From Azolla caroliniana (taxonomy: Eukaryota; Plantae; Polypodiophyta), in the NCBI GenBank assembly GCA_043228905.1, contig JBHGNT010000018.1:9858001-9922000 (forward strand): a DNA stretch of 64,000 bases, in the 5' to 3' direction. Below the pieces are notes generated by a model. That model made no database searches. It had not been told where the DNA came from and saw only the letters and a program-made list of their open reading frames with translations. The translations under genes were made by a program, and so were the position numbers. Positions 60,401 to 64,000 of the stretch are shown piece after piece (the first letter of the stretch is position 1; each line of letters opens with the position of its first letter).

Positions 60401-63226
60401 TGGAATCCGGTCTTCGTCGGGATTTGGAGTCGATAAGGAGTACCATGATGCCGTCTCATCAAACTTGACATCTCGGCTTACTCGGACCTGCTTAGTCCGA
60501 GGGCTATAGCACTTATACCCCTCTGCTCATGCAAGTGGGCGACTAGGATGCACTTCTCCGACTTCGGATCTAGCTTTTTTCGCTTCTCATCCGGTACATG
60601 CACATATGGTATGCTACCGAATATCCGCAGGTGTCTCAAATTTGGTTTGTGCCCAAAATACAACTCGTGTGCTGACACCTTATCATCGATCCAGTTTTGG
60701 ATGTAGACGGCCATCCGAACTGCCTCAGCCCATTAGAAATGGGGCATGCTCTTCTCCTCCAACATTGTCCTTGCCACGTCGACAATCGACTGGTTCTTCC
60801 TTTCGGCCACACCGTTTTGCTCCGGTGTGTACTACAACTGAATTCTCTCCGAATTCTGTTCTGCTACAGATTACTGTTGAATTGGCCGGAAAAGTATTCC
60901 TTCCCGCCATCCGACCGCAGGCACTTGATCTTCCTCTCCGTTCCCCATTAAACCAAGCTTTGAAGGTTCTAGAAACACTCGAAGACTTCGCTCTTCCCCT
61001 CGATGAGGTAGATGCACGTGTGCCGGCTGTAGTCATCGATGAAGGAGATGAAAGGCCAACTCACGCCAAGACTAATGTTTTGTGCCGGTCCCCATATATC
61101 CGAATGGATTAAATCAAGCTTGTTATTGCTCCGGTTTTGTTAAGTGGGGAATGGAAGCCAGTGTTGCTTCCTGAGTTGGCAGGCTTCACAAATTTCGGCC
61201 TTCCAGTCGCTAAATTTCGCCAAACCGAAGACAACTTGTTTCGATTGTAGGTCCTGAAGCCTCCGGTAGATCCGCTTGTGCCACAGGTTGATGTTCGACT
61301 CGACCTTCTACCCTTTGGCAAACATGGCGGTACCAACATCATTGGTGTTGAGGATGAACATCCTCCCTTCTCTGCGCCCTTGCGCAAGTATCCAGACTTC
61401 TTCCTCAATGAAACACCGGGGGTGTGTAAACCGCACCCACATCCCCTGGTTGACGATTTGTCTGACTGACACGAGGTTCTTTGTGATAGTCGGAACGTGT
61501 AGTACGTTCATCAGCTTGCCCTTTTTTCCAACATGTCTTAAAGGGACTTCTCTAACATGCAGAATTGGGTGAGGGGTGTCGTCTCTGGTTTCGACAATCC
61601 CTGGTTGTTCCGGCTTTTCCAAAAAAGAGAACCACTCTTCATGGCTCATCATGTGGTTGGACGCTCCAGAATCAACGTACCATACTTCCTCCGATTTGGA
61701 AGTAGTCTTCTTCATCGAGTTAGCCTTGTGCTTCATCACGAAGGCTGGCCCTTTACCGGTTTTCCCGGTTGGGGATCCTTTTGATCCTTCCGCGTAGTGC
61801 GAGTTTTGCCGGTTCTCTCGACCCATTTTTCCGGATCCGGATTTGTCTGAATCGGCGCGCTTCTTCCAGCACTCGCTTTTCTTGTGACCCTTTTTGCCAC
61901 AATACCAGCATTCCGTGTCGGCCTTTCCTTGCCGGTTCCCAGTGCCGCTTTGACTCTCCCTGCTTGTGGAGGGTCCGGAACTACTGTCGGCACCACCTCT
62001 GTGCCTCTGGTCCTGCTCTTGCCGGTCGCCTCCACAGCGTGCCAACCCACCACGTCCATGGGGCCGATCTCTCTTCGTATACAGCATCCGTTCATCCGAT
62101 TGAGTGTTCCTTGACCCACTCGCGTGGTTTTCTTCGACCATCAGCATCGATTGCAAGTTGAAGAAAGACGGTGGTTTCTCCCAGGTGCAGATCGTTGTCC
62201 GAATTGGCCCGTACATTTGCGCTAGACCACCGAGGCAGATTTGTACCATCTCGTCTTCGTCAACCGTCACATTGATGAACCCGAGTGCGTCGCAAATCTC
62301 CTTTATCTTGGTGGTGTAATCCGTAACGGACATGTCTCTTTGCCGGATGTTGTTCAGCTCTTGCCGGAGCTGCAACTTACGGCTTGTGGTCCTCGCGGTG
62401 AAAATCTTCCTCATATTTCCCCAGGCCTCCTTTGGCGTCTTTGCATCCTTGATGTTGCCAAATCATCTGATCATGCACACAGGACACGAGGCAGTACAAT
62501 ACTCGGCTCGTTCCTTGCTCCCATACCGGGAAGTCCTTGTGTGACGGCTCTAGTGCTACTTCATTTGTTCCTTCCACGAAGCTCCAATATCCATGCGCCA
62601 ATAGGTACTGGTGCATTTTATATGACCATGACACGTAGTTGCTCCGGTCGAGTTCTCCGTTGGAAGTGAACTCATCATTCCTCTGTCCATATCTTCTCTC
62701 TATCTATTGTTACCGGGTTCTAGGGTTCGTCTACGAAAGCAAGTGTCGGTTGCAGAGGTTCTCAACCCTCATGCTCTGATACCATGCGAATGTAAACGTG
62801 CAGAAGCGTTAGACAAAACCGGCACAACCGGATAGCAACAGAAAAAAAGAGGTTTAATGGAGAAGCTTAATACACAGAGAGACAAAGAGAGCAGAACGTA
62901 AAATTTTATTCAAAAAATAACTCTACAACTCTATACATATAACATGCTAAACAACACTATTTATACAAGTCCATAAAGGACTAATAGAAGTACTGACAGG
63001 TACTTCAATATTCCTACATGCGACTGACACTAATTATGAGACAATGATTACCTAGAAGTCTCGGCTACTACTAGGCTTCCGGTTCCCGCTCGAATCCGGC
63101 TCTCCAATCCGTCTCCCCGATCCGGCCGGTTGTTTCCGGATGCCGATCCGGCTCATCCTACTAGATGTCGATCCGGCTCAAGCTTCTTTAGTTGATCTAG
63201 ATCCGGTTGAGCTTGATCACTCAACA
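57451..63226 (-). mobile_element. Degenerate near-full-length Copia (family C); truncated 3' LTR ~57451-57851, 5' LTR 62785-63226
   Basis: PBS 62773-62784, CWYCGKKGHKKSEC, WYVDSGASNH, LLYVDDLV, WSSKKQ, PPT 57852-57862. Confidence 0.92.
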
Positions 63227-64000
63227 GAATGTCATCTAGGAATGACATTATTATCTCTGGAATGCACTCTCATAGCACCTTGTTCATTACATTCATCATA
63301 TTTGCGACCGAGTTTGTCTCTCCTTCTGGTAGCGTGTACATCAAGACTAACCCTATCAGTGTTCACATTGTAGTGATATCTCAACTCTCCACGGCTAGTT
63401 GGATTTGGTCATACCCGGAGTATAGGTTTCCGATGGAATATATCGTGCGTTCGGCAAACACTTCCGCAAATTCATCCACTATCGGATTGACTCCGGAGTT
63501 CCGGATCGTGACCTTGTTCACCGGTTGTAAATCTTGAATGACTCGGAGTGACCCATTCTTCTTAGGAACCGTACACCATCGATTTGAGTACGGAGCGTTT
63601 GATGGCTCTAGAATCCCCATTACCACCTTTTCTTTGAGCAATTCAATGATTCTCGGAATATGTGCTCATGGCACCGGAATTGGCTTTAAGTTCCATGGCA
63701 CATGTTCAATCGTAAAGATCACCATCAGCTCCACTATCTTTGGATCAACACGCCTCTCTCTTTTGGTGTGAATGCGGATGTTTTTCCATGTTGCTCCAAC
63801 ATCTCATGGAATTGTTCCTCTTCATTCTTTAAGCGGAACCCACCTCCACCAATCCAAAGTTTCTTCCGGGTCTCATTCGTGAAGGCATGTCCGATATCCA
63901 CGGACTTCCGAACTGTCAGATCTCTCGAGACTTCTTTCCTCTTTTGTTCGGTATTGGCAGGTAGCGGTCCCATGGATAGTTTCACCTTCTTTCCTACGGT
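63227..64000 (-). pseudogene. G/H-type Gypsy RT N-terminal fragment
   Basis: GILEPSNAPYSNRWCTVPKKNGSLRVIQDLQPVN...FLDDI. Confidence 0.9.

Overview
Gene-free, heterochromatin-like plant DNA made almost entirely of nested LTR retrotransposons. The mix of lineages (Tcn1-like chromovirus, tRNA-Trp-primed non-chromovirus Gypsy, Tnt1/Tork-like Copia) suggests a non-seed land plant; this is an inference. About 14 elements or fragments can be resolved: one intact young Copia (1-5255), several degenerate Copia copies, an Athila/OTA-like Gypsy with a ~1000-codon extra 3' ORF, a full-length tRNA-Trp-primed Gypsy with a post-protease -1 frameshift pseudoknot, two copies of a gag-only non-autonomous partner of it, a Tcn1-like chromovirus, a Met-primed chromovirus-like Gypsy, a solo LTR, and a 2.9-kb non-coding LTR element. 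The most unusual observations are: (1) five LTR copies from two Gypsy lineages each carry a tRNA-geometry A-box/B-box cassette on the antisense strand, about 160-210 bp upstream of the LTR TATA box where that box is retained; (2) a non-autonomous element has tRNA primer-like sites at both LTRs in opposite orientation and no PPT; (3) two different Copia families abut the same nucleotide of another family's LTR. No host genes, rRNA or CRISPR arrays were seen. All comparisons were made by eye.
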